This document shows, piece by piece, positions 35,878-45,173 of a stretch of DNA of 58,634 nucleotides. Below the pieces are notes generated by a model. That model was not told where the DNA came from, made no database searches, and was given only the letters and a program-made list of their open reading frames with translations. The stretch is taken from assembly GCA_041744555.1 (NCBI GenBank), contig JBGTKQ010000146.1:1-58634 (forward strand), read 5' to 3'. The position numbers and the translations under genes were made by a program. Numbering within the stretch: position 1 is the first letter of the stretch; every line of letters begins with the position of its first letter. Source of the stretch: Pyrinomonadaceae bacterium. Lineage in GTDB: Bacteria; Acidobacteriota; Blastocatellia; Pyrinomonadales; Pyrinomonadaceae.

Positions 35878-38685
35878 ATGAAGTCATTTTATTTCAAGAT
35901 TTTCGTTGTCGCAATTTTCTTAATTTTTGGTGTGTTCGCGTCATTTAATGATTCGGGCAGTCGCGTTTCAGCTCGTCAGAACGCGGTTGGGACCCTTCAA
36001 ACTCCGACAGGTGTTCTTGCCACCAGCAACCTTTACGCAACCAAGGTCGGTGTTTATTGGGATGCGGTTCGGGATGCGACCCAGTATCGACTTTTTCGCA
36101 GTCTGACAGACGACATCAATTCCGCGACCGACATCGGCAGCACTCCAGCAAACTATTTTTTCGACAGTACGGCCGTCGCGGGACAAACTTATTTCTATTG
36201 GATCCGGGCCGAAAATTTGAATTCAAACAGCGCATGGGGTGTCTCTGTATCGGGCCGAAGAGCTGTTGGCAACAATGCACCGGGGCCGCCGTTTCCGCCC
36301 CTGGCTCCACCGCCTGTTCCGCTAGGAAATCAGAACACGGCCGCCAAAGCGTATCTTGGAAAGTCCTTGTTTTGGGAGGAGCAACTCTCATCGACAAAGA
36401 CAGTTTCCTGCGGCACCTGCCACCGCCCGGCCGATGGCGGATCGGATCCGCGAAGCTCTGCCGGAACAAGAAATCCCGGCTTTGACACTATTTTCGGAAC
36501 GGCCGACGACGTTTTCGGCTCGCCCGGTGTCCCCGGAACGAATAGCGATGGAAGTTATTCACCAACCCAGTTTTTCGGGATGCAGACACAGATCACGAAC
36601 CGCCGTTCACCATCGTATCTGAATGCCGGATACACGACGGACGGGTTGTTCTGGGATGGCAGGGCGACTGATCAATTCCGCGACCCGATCACTAATTCTG
36701 TTCTTCTCACCAGTTTCGGCGGGCTGGAAAGCCAGTCGGTATTTCCGCCGCTTTCCTCGATCGAAATGAGTCACGCCGGTCGCGATTGGACCAATGCGGC
36801 CTCTCGTATCTCGATATCTAAGCCTTTAGCACTTGCCACGAACGTTCCGCCAAGCTTGCAGAACTGGATCGACTCGCGAACTTACCCTGAGCTTTTTGAA
36901 GAAGCTTTCGGATCCGCAGAAATTTCGCCGGCCCGGATCGCAATGGCGATCGCAACGCACGAACGCACGCTTTTTTCGGACCAAACGCCGCTCGACCGAT
37001 CGTCGGCTGAGATCGAACCGCTAACGCAGCAAGAAGCAACCGGGCGAGGGATCTTCGTCAACCAAAATTGTATTTTTTGCCATGGCGGAGCGTTGCTCTC
37101 TAATTCTTCGTACCAAAACGTCGGTGTTCGGCCGACGACCGAAGACCGAGGCCGCGGCGGAATTACAAATATTCCTGATGACAATGGCCGGTTCAAAACA
37201 CCTAGCCTCAGAAATCTCGAACTACGTACGCCTCTCATGCACAACGGACGCTTTGCCACAGTTGAAGAGGTTGTTGAGTTTTACAACCGAGGTGGTGATT
37301 TTCCGGCTCCGAATGTCGACCCGCGTGTAAGGCCACTTGGATTAACTGTTCAGCAGCGTGCAGCACTCTCTGCATTTCTAAAACGGCCGTTAACCGATCC
37401 TCGGGTTGCTAATGAATTGCCGCCGTTCGACCGTCCGACGCTTTATACCGAGACAGGTCGCGTACCAACAATCACCAGAACCGGTCGGTCCGGAACGAAT
37501 GGCGTTGAACCAAATGCGATCGCTATCGAGCCGCCGCTATTAGGCAATACAAGTTTCGCTATCGCTGTTTCAAACGGTCTGGCCAGTTCGCAGGCTGTTT
37601 TGGTCGTTGATTCATCCGATCCGGGTGTTGGGTCATCGATCCCGGCAAACGGTTCATTTGCTCGAGTAGAAACGACGTTGGGAGGCACGGGCTCTAATGG
37701 ATTTGGAACGGCAGTGTTATCGATTCCGACAACCGCAGCGGTTGCGGGGCGCACGTTTTTTGGTCGGTGGTACGTAAACGATACTACGGCCGCGAATGGA
37801 TTCTCAGTTTCCAAGCTGATCACTTTCACGGTATTTGGCGATTCGGTCGAGCGTGCTCCTTTTGATTTTGACGGCGACGGCAAGACCGATATTTCTATCG
37901 CACGCCAAATGGGAAACTTGGAATGGTGGATCAACAATAGTGCAAATGGTACTACCACGGCCTTTTCGTTCGGACTTCCAACAGACGTAATTGCTCCGTC
38001 TGATTTCACGGGCGACGGGAAGACCGATATCGCATTGTTCAGACCTTCGGCCGGGTTTTGGTACGTTCTGCGATCAGATGACAATAGCTTTTTTGGCTTT
38101 CCATTTGGCTCCACCGGTGATATTCCGGTGCCAGCCGATTTCGATGCCGATGGCAAAGCCGACCCGGCACTCTTTCGCGGCTCAGAAGGCCTTTGGTTTG
38201 TTCAGCGATCGTCTGATGGGCAGTTCACGACCACGCAGTTTGGCGTCAATGGGGATAAGCCTGTTGTCGGTGATTACGATGGCGACGGACGTTCTGACAT
38301 CGCAATTTACCGCCCGTCGAATGGAACTTGGTGGATCGAGCGAACAACGGCAGGCTCCGTTGTTGCTCAATTCGGTACCAATGCAGACACACCGGTCGCT
38401 TCGGATTTTACCGGAGATGGGAAGACCGATATAGCCATTTGGCGGCCAAGCGATGGTTTTTGGTATATATTGCGGAGTGAAGATTCGAGCTTTTACGCGT
38501 TCCCGTTTGGCTCGAACGACGACGTGCCCGCACCCGGCGATTACGATGGCGATGGAAAAGCGGACCCGGCGGTCTTCAGGCCATCGCTCGGTACTTGGTT
38601 TATTCAACGTTCGACGTCAGGTGTTCAAATCACGAATTTTGGTTTGAGCGGCGATCGCCCGCTACCATCTGCTTTTATTCCATAA
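35878..38685 (+). CDS. Fusion protein: Fn3-like + di-haem CCP/MauG-family + Ig-like + six FG-GAP/VCBS repeats (paralogue 2)
   Basis: Same architecture as 28467..31274. Haem motifs CGTCH (36409) and CIFCH (37069), with FKTPSLRN...PLMHNG. Long identical peptide runs with paralogue 1: PARIAMAIATHER, KRPLTDPRV, ELPPFDRP, PNAIAIEPP, DPGVGSSIP, AANGFSVS. Confidence 0.85.
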   Translation: MKSFYFKIFVVAIFLIFGVFASFNDSGSRVSARQNAVGTLQTPTGVLATSNLYATKVGVYWDAVRDATQYRLFRSLTDDINSATDIGSTPANYFFDSTAVAGQTYFYWIRAENLNSNSAWGVSVSGRRAVGNNAPGPPFPPLAPPPVPLGNQNTAAKAYLGKSLFWEEQLSSTKTVSCGTCHRPADGGSDPRSSAGTRNPGFDTIFGTADDVFGSPGVPGTNSDGSYSPTQFFGMQTQITNRRSPSYLNAGYTTDGLFWDGRATDQFRDPITNSVLLTSFGGLESQSVFPPLSSIEMSHAGRDWTNAASRISISKPLALATNVPPSLQNWIDSRTYPELFEEAFGSAEISPARIAMAIATHERTLFSDQTPLDRSSAEIEPLTQQEATGRGIFVNQNCIFCHGGALLSNSSYQNVGVRPTTEDRGRGGITNIPDDNGRFKTPSLRNLELRTPLMHNGRFATVEEVVEFYNRGGDFPAPNVDPRVRPLGLTVQQRAALSAFLKRPLTDPRVANELPPFDRPTLYTETGRVPTITRTGRSGTNGVEPNAIAIEPPLLGNTSFAIAVSNGLASSQAVLVVDSSDPGVGSSIPANGSFARVETTLGGTGSNGFGTAVLSIPTTAAVAGRTFFGRWYVNDTTAANGFSVSKLITFTVFGDSVERAPFDFDGDGKTDISIARQMGNLEWWINNSANGTTTAFSFGLPTDVIAPSDFTGDGKTDIALFRPSAGFWYVLRSDDNSFFGFPFGSTGDIPVPADFDADGKADPALFRGSEGLWFVQRSSDGQFTTTQFGVNGDKPVVGDYDGDGRSDIAIYRPSNGTWWIERTTAGSVVAQFGTNADTPVASDFTGDGKTDIAIWRPSDGFWYILRSEDSSFYAFPFGSNDDVPAPGDYDGDGKADPAVFRPSLGTWFIQRSTSGVQITNFGLSGDRPLPSAFIP
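37855..38682 (+). repeat. Six tandem in-frame FG-GAP/VCBS coding repeats
   Basis: The blades start FDFDGDGKTD, SDFTGDGKTD, ADFDADGKAD, GDYDGDGRSD, SDFTGDGKTD and GDYDGDGKAD. Confidence 0.85.
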
Positions 38686-38691
38686 CGAAAG

Positions 38692-41184
38692 CTATTTGCA
38701 CTTCGAATAACCGCAATCGCGGCAATAGTCACAGCCCGAAGCGTGCTCAAGCTGGCCGCTGCACTCGGGGCATTCGCCTATCAGAGTAGCCATATGGTGC
38801 TCACCCGAGACCGATGTCGCCTTCGCAGCCTGTCGTTCAGACGCGGGCAGATTCTTCAAACGCCGATCCACCACAAGCAAACATTCCGCGACTGCCTGTT
38901 CGGGCGATGTCAACAATCTTTCGTTGAACCAAACTGCGTGCGTTCCTGTTACCTTATTCAAACTTCGAGCGACTTCCTTGACATCAAATCCGCCGCGAAG
39001 CATTTTCGATGCAAGCAACCCAACCCCGGCACTTATTGGTCCTGCGACGAACACTTCCATTATTCTTTCGCCGTCGTGATTGACGGTCACATAAAGATTT
39101 TGATTGTCGAACTGAATTCGCCACGTCGAGCCCTGCAACTCACGCGGACGCTCGACACGCATCGCGTGAGTCTCATTCCCCAAGTCCACGGTTCCGTGTC
39201 TTTCGTTCCGAATTTCTTCGACGCTGGACTCGGGACTCAGGGCTTTGGCCTTCATTGTGTTTAAAACCTGATTTTCGCGGCTGCCGTCGCGGTAATAGCT
39301 GACCGCCTTGCAGCCAAGTTTGCGAGCGAGATGGTAAAGTTCATCGACCGATTCGAGCGTGTCGTCCGTCGCGCCGTTGCAGGTTTTTGATATCGAATTA
39401 TCAACGTGCCTTTGAGCAGCGGCGAGCACTTTCACATGCTGAAGCGAATTGATCTCCATCGCTGAAATAAAATAGGACGGCAGATCGTCTTGATGTTCGA
39501 CGACGAATTCAGCAGCGGCCTTTATCGATTCTTCATTAGTCTGATCGACTTCGATGCCTAGAGCCTCAGCAGCAGGTGTATGAACGTAAGTCCGCGTTCC
39601 GAGCGTATCTTGCCGGACATATGCCCACGAAAAATTCGGCTCGATGCCTGATGAAGTTTCGGCAACAAGCGAGATCGTTCCGGTCGGAGCGATCGTTGTT
39701 ACTTCGTAATTTCGCGGCGTAAGTTCTACGTCGCGAGAGATCCCGATCTCGTTGTAAAGAAAGTCTTCGTAAGCGGTTCGATTTCCTTCGAATTCGGGAA
39801 AGACGCCTTTTTTTTCTCCAATACTCAGCGATGCCATCCATGATTCGCGGCGGATAAAACCCATCACTTTTTCCATCAGTTCAAGCGATCGGTCCGAACC
39901 ATAAGTGATCCCGAGTTTCAGGCAAAGATCCGCGAAACCCATTATTCCCAGCCCGACCGGACGCGTTCGTTTAACCACATCTTCGATCTCGGCCAAAGGG
40001 AAATAGCCTGCGTCGATCACGTTATCGAGAAAGCGGGTGGAAAGATGTGTGACGGTCGCTAGGCGTTCCCAGTCCAAATCGTTCTCCGCCGAATAAAATT
40101 TCGCAACGTCGATCGAACCAAGATTGCATGAATTATTGAAATGCAGCATCTGTTCGCCGCACGGGTTACACGCGAGTATCGACCCCATCGAGGCCATCAT
40201 ATGATTCTTGCGATTTACTTCATCGATAAAAATAATGCCCGGTTCAGCGTATTTGTGCGCCGATGCGATTATCCTGTTCCAAATATCCGGAGCATAGACC
40301 ATCCCGGACATCGGCGGTTCTTCGATCAAACAATCGGAAAGATCAATCGCATCGAACTCTTTTTTGTCGGCAAAAGTAACGGTCGAACCGTCCTGGCGTC
40401 GATAGATCGCGTATTCCTTTCCAGTCGCCGAATCGAATATAGGCAATTGCCAGGGCTCGTTTTTAAATTCAGTCTGAAACCATCGGCCTTGGTCGACCGC
40501 GTCCATAAAACTGTCCGTCACGGTTACCGAGATATTAAAATTGGTCAGGCTCGTCTGATCGTTCTTTGCATGAATGAACCTAAGAATATCGGGATGGGTG
40601 ATCGAAAGAATTCCCATATTCGCACCGCGCCGAACGCCTCCTTGTTTTACGACTTCGGTCGTCTGATTTACGATATTCATGAACGAAACCGGACCGCTTG
40701 CAACGCCGCGTGTTGAGTTCACCATTGCACCCGCAGGCCTTAGAAATTCATAGGTCATTCCTGTTCCGCCGCCGGTCTGGTGAATGATCGCCACGTTTTG
40801 AGCGTGCTCCATTATACCTTCGATTGAATCCGGAACATTCAACACAAAACACGCTGCAAGCTGACCCTTCGGCTTTCCGGCATTTACCAAACAAGGCGTG
40901 TTCGGGATAAATTCGCGGTTGAGCATCACGGGCGACATTTCGTTGTAGAAACGGACGCGACTCACCGGATCGAGTTCGGCTTTTGCAACATGCCCGACAA
41001 CACGATGAACAATATCCGACCATTTTTCGGTAGGTTCACCGCGTTCGTTCTTGCTCGAATAGCGCAACGCGACGACCTTCTCAGCATTCAAACCCAACGG
41101 TTTGACCTCAAAATGCGGCTTTGTGCCGTGTCCATTGGTCTCAACCTCGGCAGATGTTTCCAAAGATTCTACGGGTGTGCTCAT
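38692..41184 (-). CDS. nrdJ: Class II (adenosylcobalamin-dependent) ribonucleotide reductase with C-terminal Cys-rich zinc-finger tail
   Basis: RNR barrel blocks ([15 protein letters not shown]). C-terminal tail [26 protein letters not shown] prefer the ATG at 41184 (GGAG 6 nt upstream) over the TTG at 41232. Confidence 0.9.
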   Translation of the reverse strand: MSTPVESLETSAEVETNGHGTKPHFEVKPLGLNAEKVVALRYSSKNERGEPTEKWSDIVHRVVGHVAKAELDPVSRVRFYNEMSPVMLNREFIPNTPCLVNAGKPKGQLAACFVLNVPDSIEGIMEHAQNVAIIHQTGGGTGMTYEFLRPAGAMVNSTRGVASGPVSFMNIVNQTTEVVKQGGVRRGANMGILSITHPDILRFIHAKNDQTSLTNFNISVTVTDSFMDAVDQGRWFQTEFKNEPWQLPIFDSATGKEYAIYRRQDGSTVTFADKKEFDAIDLSDCLIEEPPMSGMVYAPDIWNRIIASAHKYAEPGIIFIDEVNRKNHMMASMGSILACNPCGEQMLHFNNSCNLGSIDVAKFYSAENDLDWERLATVTHLSTRFLDNVIDAGYFPLAEIEDVVKRTRPVGLGIMGFADLCLKLGITYGSDRSLELMEKVMGFIRRESWMASLSIGEKKGVFPEFEGNRTAYEDFLYNEIGISRDVELTPRNYEVTTIAPTGTISLVAETSSGIEPNFSWAYVRQDTLGTRTYVHTPAAEALGIEVDQTNEESIKAAAEFVVEHQDDLPSYFISAMEINSLQHVKVLAAAQRHVDNSISKTCNGATDDTLESVDELYHLARKLGCKAVSYYRDGSRENQVLNTMKAKALSPESSVEEIRNERHGTVDLGNETHAMRVERPRELQGSTWRIQFDNQNLYVTVNHDGERIMEVFVAGPISAGVGLLASKMLRGGFDVKEVARSLNKVTGTHAVWFNERLLTSPEQAVAECLLVVDRRLKNLPASERQAAKATSVSGEHHMATLIGECPECSGQLEHASGCDYCRDCGYSKCK

Positions 41185-41289
41185 AATCAACTCCAACAAT
41201 ATTTTAGCACTCTTGTCTCGGTGTTGAAACAATTCTGATAAATGTGATGGTGTTTGACTTTAGTGCCGAGCATTTCTGAAACTGGAACT

Positions 41290-42177
41290 ATGGACAAACT
41301 TGTACAAGGGGTTGCAGCCGATGGAACCGTTCGCGTTCTAGCCGCGACGACGACCGATATTACCGCCGAAGCGATTCGACGGCATCAGACTTCGCCAACG
41401 GTTTCTGCGGCAATGGGCAGAATGTTGACTGGGACGCTGCTTCTGGGAGCTACTCTCAAGGATTTTGACCGATTGACCGCTCGGATCGAATGCTCCGGAC
41501 CTCTTAAGGGAATCGTCGCCGAAGCGACAAAGATCGGAACGGTTCGCGGCTATGTAAAAAATAACGTGGCCGAACTACCGGCCAAACCGAACGGAAAATT
41601 CGATGTTTCTGGGATCGTCGGCGAAGGTATGTTTCATATCATTCGCGAGGCCGGTTTCGATATCGGTTTCCGGCCGGAGCCGTATGTTGGATCTGTTCCG
41701 ATAACGTCCGGCGAGATCGCTGAAGATTTTGCTTACTATCTCGCGAAATCCGAGCAGATACCGTCGGCCGTCTTGCTCGGGGTGTTACTGCAAAATGCCG
41801 AACCCTTCGTTAGCGCCGCTGGCGGCGTGATGGTCCAAATGATGCCGGGTGCGAACGAACACGTCATTACGATGATCGAAGACACGATCCGCCATGCACC
41901 ACACGTGACCGAATTGATCAAAAAAGGAGCTACACCAAAAGATCTGATCGAAATGGCTCTCGGTTTGATCGATTACGAAATAATGGAGGAACGTGAGGTA
42001 AGGTTCGCCTGCACCTGTTCACCCGAAAAAGCAGTTTCGATGGTCGCAGCATTAGGGATGGACGAAGTTCGTTCTATGCTCACCGAAGACAAAGGTGCAG
42101 TAATTGATTGCGGCTTTTGCAACGAAACTTATTCGCTCAATGAAGAAGATCTTGAGGGCATTTTGAGTGCCGAATAA
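41290..42177 (+). CDS. hslO: Redox-regulated chaperone Hsp33
   Basis: The N-terminus MDKLVQGVAADGTVRV is typical of Hsp33. C-terminal zinc centre CTCS...CGFC. The ATG at 41290 is preferred over the TTG at 41254. Confidence 0.9.
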   Translation: MDKLVQGVAADGTVRVLAATTTDITAEAIRRHQTSPTVSAAMGRMLTGTLLLGATLKDFDRLTARIECSGPLKGIVAEATKIGTVRGYVKNNVAELPAKPNGKFDVSGIVGEGMFHIIREAGFDIGFRPEPYVGSVPITSGEIAEDFAYYLAKSEQIPSAVLLGVLLQNAEPFVSAAGGVMVQMMPGANEHVITMIEDTIRHAPHVTELIKKGATPKDLIEMALGLIDYEIMEEREVRFACTCSPEKAVSMVAALGMDEVRSMLTEDKGAVIDCGFCNETYSLNEEDLEGILSAE

Positions 42178-42189
42178 TTGTTCAAGTCT

Positions 42190-43212
42190 CTACCTAGAAG
42201 TCTTTAGAAATACCGGTTGCGTCCAAGCAACTTTTCCGTTTGATTCAATGATCTTTGCCCGAACATAACCGTTGTCTCCGGCAATGTTGTAAACAGCGGT
42301 CGGATGGAAAGATTCTTTGAGAATTCGTCCGCCGCGACCAATGAACTGAACCGTATATTTGCTTTGTCGTGCGGCTTTCACCTTTATCGTGATCTGCGTT
42401 TGCTCGACAATGTACTCTTCAAGCTCTACACCGGTCGATGCATAAAAATCACCGCCATCAAGCGATGAAAGTATAGCTTTCTCGGTGAGTTCCGTCGCTC
42501 GAACATAGACCCAACCGTGGCCCGGTGTCGGGGCCGTTTTGTCGCCGATACGCTTGAAATAGTGAGAATCATCGTCTGCAATTCCATAGATCTGCATTCC
42601 AGCTGTAAGAAGTTCGTCCCAGATCTGTTCAGCCGAAGGTGATCCGCCGCCGCCAAGATTATTGACAAGCGGATGGCCATTAAAGATCTCCATCAGCTTT
42701 ACACCTTTGAGCTGTCCGATCTCTGCAGACGTTAATGCCCAGCCGAAATTCGGATGGTTCAATTGCGGAACTCCGCCTGCGGCACGGACATCGTCTATGT
42801 TCTTTTGCAGCGTTGCGACCGAGCCGGACAGACGATTCGGCATAACGACCCTAGTCAGCCCTAAGCCATTTATGTGCAGCGGCTTTTTGTCGAACGAATC
42901 TGTTACTTCCTGGCCGCTGATGACGAGAAATGTCTCAACCTTTCCAAATACGTGGTTAAGCGGCGCGACGTTCGTGATGTATTCGTGATCGGTTACGAAC
43001 AGAAAACTATATCCATTCTCCCGATACCATTTCCCAACATCGTCCGGCGTCGAATCGCCATCACTGTTCAAAGTGTGAGTGTGGGTGTTTCCCTTAAACC
43101 ACTTCGCAACGGGCGAAGGGGTTGGCGTCTGACCGAGTGCCGATTCGACGGCTATTCCTGCCAACACGATCGCAACAAAGATGCGGATAATCGAATTTCG
43201 AGAGCTATTCAT
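42190..43212 (-). CDS. Secreted PHP-domain metallohydrolase (CehA/McbA-like)
   Basis: Signal peptide. PHP motif GNTHTHTLNSDGD, later FVTDHE and DDSH. Confidence 0.7.
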   Translation of the reverse strand: MNSSRNSIIRIFVAIVLAGIAVESALGQTPTPSPVAKWFKGNTHTHTLNSDGDSTPDDVGKWYRENGYSFLFVTDHEYITNVAPLNHVFGKVETFLVISGQEVTDSFDKKPLHINGLGLTRVVMPNRLSGSVATLQKNIDDVRAAGGVPQLNHPNFGWALTSAEIGQLKGVKLMEIFNGHPLVNNLGGGGSPSAEQIWDELLTAGMQIYGIADDDSHYFKRIGDKTAPTPGHGWVYVRATELTEKAILSSLDGGDFYASTGVELEEYIVEQTQITIKVKAARQSKYTVQFIGRGGRILKESFHPTAVYNIAGDNGYVRAKIIESNGKVAWTQPVFLKTSR

Positions 43213-43593
43213 CTATTCGAAGATAAGACCGATGTATTTTTGATCAGATAATCGAGCGACATCGGCCGCAACATCAATGGTCATCCCTGGCTGTATTCGC
43301 GGATAATAGATCATCGGGATGGTCGCCGTTTTCAGGATCGTGTAAGTTGCAATATTTGGCAATGTTACTTTTAAGTTCATGGAGATCTGGGGAACGTCAT
43401 TTATAATCATTCCGGTTTCGCACAGAGTTTTCACGACCGCTTTGCCGCGAGTTCCGTTCTCAAGTAAGAATTTTAGGCGCTGACGTTTTCGATACATGAA
43501 ATAGAAAACGATACCGATGATGAAGAGTGGCAAGGCCACGCTCGCGACAATAATGATGGCAATAACAAGACCAGTTAGCAGTTCGTAATCCAT
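43213..43593 (-). CDS. Small membrane-anchored protein (DUF3592-like topology)
   Basis: One N-terminal TM helix and a beta-rich soluble part. Its TAG is immediately followed by the ATG of the PHP gene (TAGATG), indicating translational coupling. Confidence 0.5.
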   Translation of the reverse strand: MDYELLTGLVIAIIIVASVALPLFIIGIVFYFMYRKRQRLKFLLENGTRGKAVVKTLCETGMIINDVPQISMNLKVTLPNIATYTILKTATIPMIYYPRIQPGMTIDVAADVARLSDQKYIGLIFE

Positions 43594-43662
43594 ATGCAGA
43601 ACCTCACCTACTTATTCCTATGACGAACCGCCCTGACCTTCTTTGCCATCCGCATGCTCGAA

Positions 43663-44139
43663 CTAGTCGGCAAGCGTTCGATAGCCGGAACGAAAGTAAA
43701 CTAGCGGATCGCCATCGGTAACGATGGAACTTTCAACTTTGCCAACGAAGATCATATGGTCGCCGCCGTCGTATTCTTGCTTAAGTTCGCATTCAAGATT
43801 ACAGATACAGTTTGATAGGAGCGGAAGCCCGAGTTCGCCAATTGAATAATCATTTCCTCTCAAACGATCGTCGATCTGGGATGCAAAATGATCGGAAAGA
43901 GAGCCCTGATCTTCGCTCAAGATATTTACGGCAAAAATGCCGGATGCCGAGATAGCAGAGCTACCAGCCGCCGATTTTTCGATGCACACAAGTACAAACG
44001 GCGGTTCTAGCGAAACGGAACAAAATGCTGAGACGGTCAAGCCGGTAAATCTGCCGTTTTCGTCGCGGGTGGTTACGACGGTTATACCGCTCGCGAAACG
44101 CGAAAGGGCAGTTCTGAATTCTTCCGATGAAACAGACAT
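43663..44139 (-). CDS. Flavin reductase-like protein (FMN-binding split barrel, HpaC/RutF-like)
   Basis: 158 aa. FRTALSRFASGITVVTT and the SFCSVSLEPPFVLVC blocks are typical of the Flavin_Reduct family. Confidence 0.8.
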   Translation of the reverse strand: MSVSSEEFRTALSRFASGITVVTTRDENGRFTGLTVSAFCSVSLEPPFVLVCIEKSAAGSSAISASGIFAVNILSEDQGSLSDHFASQIDDRLRGNDYSIGELGLPLLSNCICNLECELKQEYDGGDHMIFVGKVESSIVTDGDPLVYFRSGYRTLAD

Positions 44140-44230
44140 ATGATATTTGAAAGCTTAACTAAACAACTGAAAGTAGCAAAATTGAAGGTTGTTGAAAATA
44201 CTCACGCGATGAAAGATAATTTTTGGTTCA

Positions 44231-45109
44231 ATGATAGAAATCGACAATTTTTTAGCTGAAGCTGCGGATCTGGTCAACGCCGAACTTGATTGGTTGATCC
44301 CCGAACAAGGACGCGGGCCGCAGAATCTTCGCGATGCAATGCGGTGGAGCCTTTTTGCCGGCGGCAAGCGTTTTCGGCCTGCACTAGTGATGGCGGTGGG
44401 GCGAACATTTTGTGCGTCCGAAAGATCGTTGATTCGCACCGGTGCGGCGATCGAAATGATCCATACATATTCGTTGATCCATGACGATTTGCCCTCAATG
44501 GATAACGATGACCTACGCCGAGGACGCGAAACCTGTCATAAAAAATACGGAGAAGCGACCGCGATCCTTGCCGGTGACGCGCTACAGGCTCTGGCGTTTC
44601 AGAGTATTGCTGAAGATCCTTCGATTAACGAACAAACGAAGATCGAATTAATAACAGGGCTTGGTAAGGCTGCAGCGTCAATGGTCGTGGGCCAGCAATT
44701 CGACCTTGAATCCGAAGGCAAACCGGTTTCGCACGTTGATCTCGAAACGATCCATCGAAACAAGACTGGAGCTTTGATCGAATTCTCCGCCGTAGCCGGG
44801 GCGATCATCTCTCGAGCTTCAGAGAAAGACCGATCCGCGATCTCCGAATATGGAAAAAACATCGGCCTTCTATTTCAGATCGTTGATGATCTTTTGGATG
44901 TGACCGGAACCACGGAATCGTTAGGCAAGACCGCCGGCAAAGACGCACTATCAGAAAAAGCAACTTATCCGTCCGTAGTTGGTGTTGAGAAAACAAGGGA
45001 ACTGGCAACCGAGGTTCGCAATGGAGCGATAATCGCTCTCGATAATGCTTCGGTAACTAGTGAATTAATGAAGATGTTCCCCAGTTATCTTTTGAACCGT
45101 CGGCACTGA
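44231..45109 (+). CDS. ispA: (E)-polyprenyl diphosphate synthase (FPP/GGPP synthase)
   Basis: First and second Asp-rich motifs LIHDDLPSMDNDDLRRG and FQIVDDLLD. Confidence 0.88.
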   Translation: MIEIDNFLAEAADLVNAELDWLIPEQGRGPQNLRDAMRWSLFAGGKRFRPALVMAVGRTFCASERSLIRTGAAIEMIHTYSLIHDDLPSMDNDDLRRGRETCHKKYGEATAILAGDALQALAFQSIAEDPSINEQTKIELITGLGKAAASMVVGQQFDLESEGKPVSHVDLETIHRNKTGALIEFSAVAGAIISRASEKDRSAISEYGKNIGLLFQIVDDLLDVTGTTESLGKTAGKDALSEKATYPSVVGVEKTRELATEVRNGAIIALDNASVTSELMKMFPSYLLNRRH

Positions 45110-45173
45110 TCTTAGATCACACAAAAAAAATTGACGAGCGGATGCTTTCGGTATAAATTGATCGTCGGCCCTT

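Noticed and set aside
28506-38156. Long antisense or out-of-frame ORFs inside the big genes, for example 28506..29177(-), 30045..30641(-), 36116..36469(-) and 37443..38156(-). The same applies elsewhere, for example 46012..46635(+), 40141..40716(+) and 5559..5945(+).
   Set aside because: Each lies entirely within a longer ORF that has clear family motifs. Their products are Arg/Ser/Pro-rich with no domain signatures. They are typical shadow ORFs.
41185-41289. An NrdR box or cobalamin riboswitch upstream of nrdJ.
   Set aside because: I found no 16-bp ACACnAnATATnTnGTGT-like palindrome pair and no B12 box. The region is only 105 nt and is shared with hslO.
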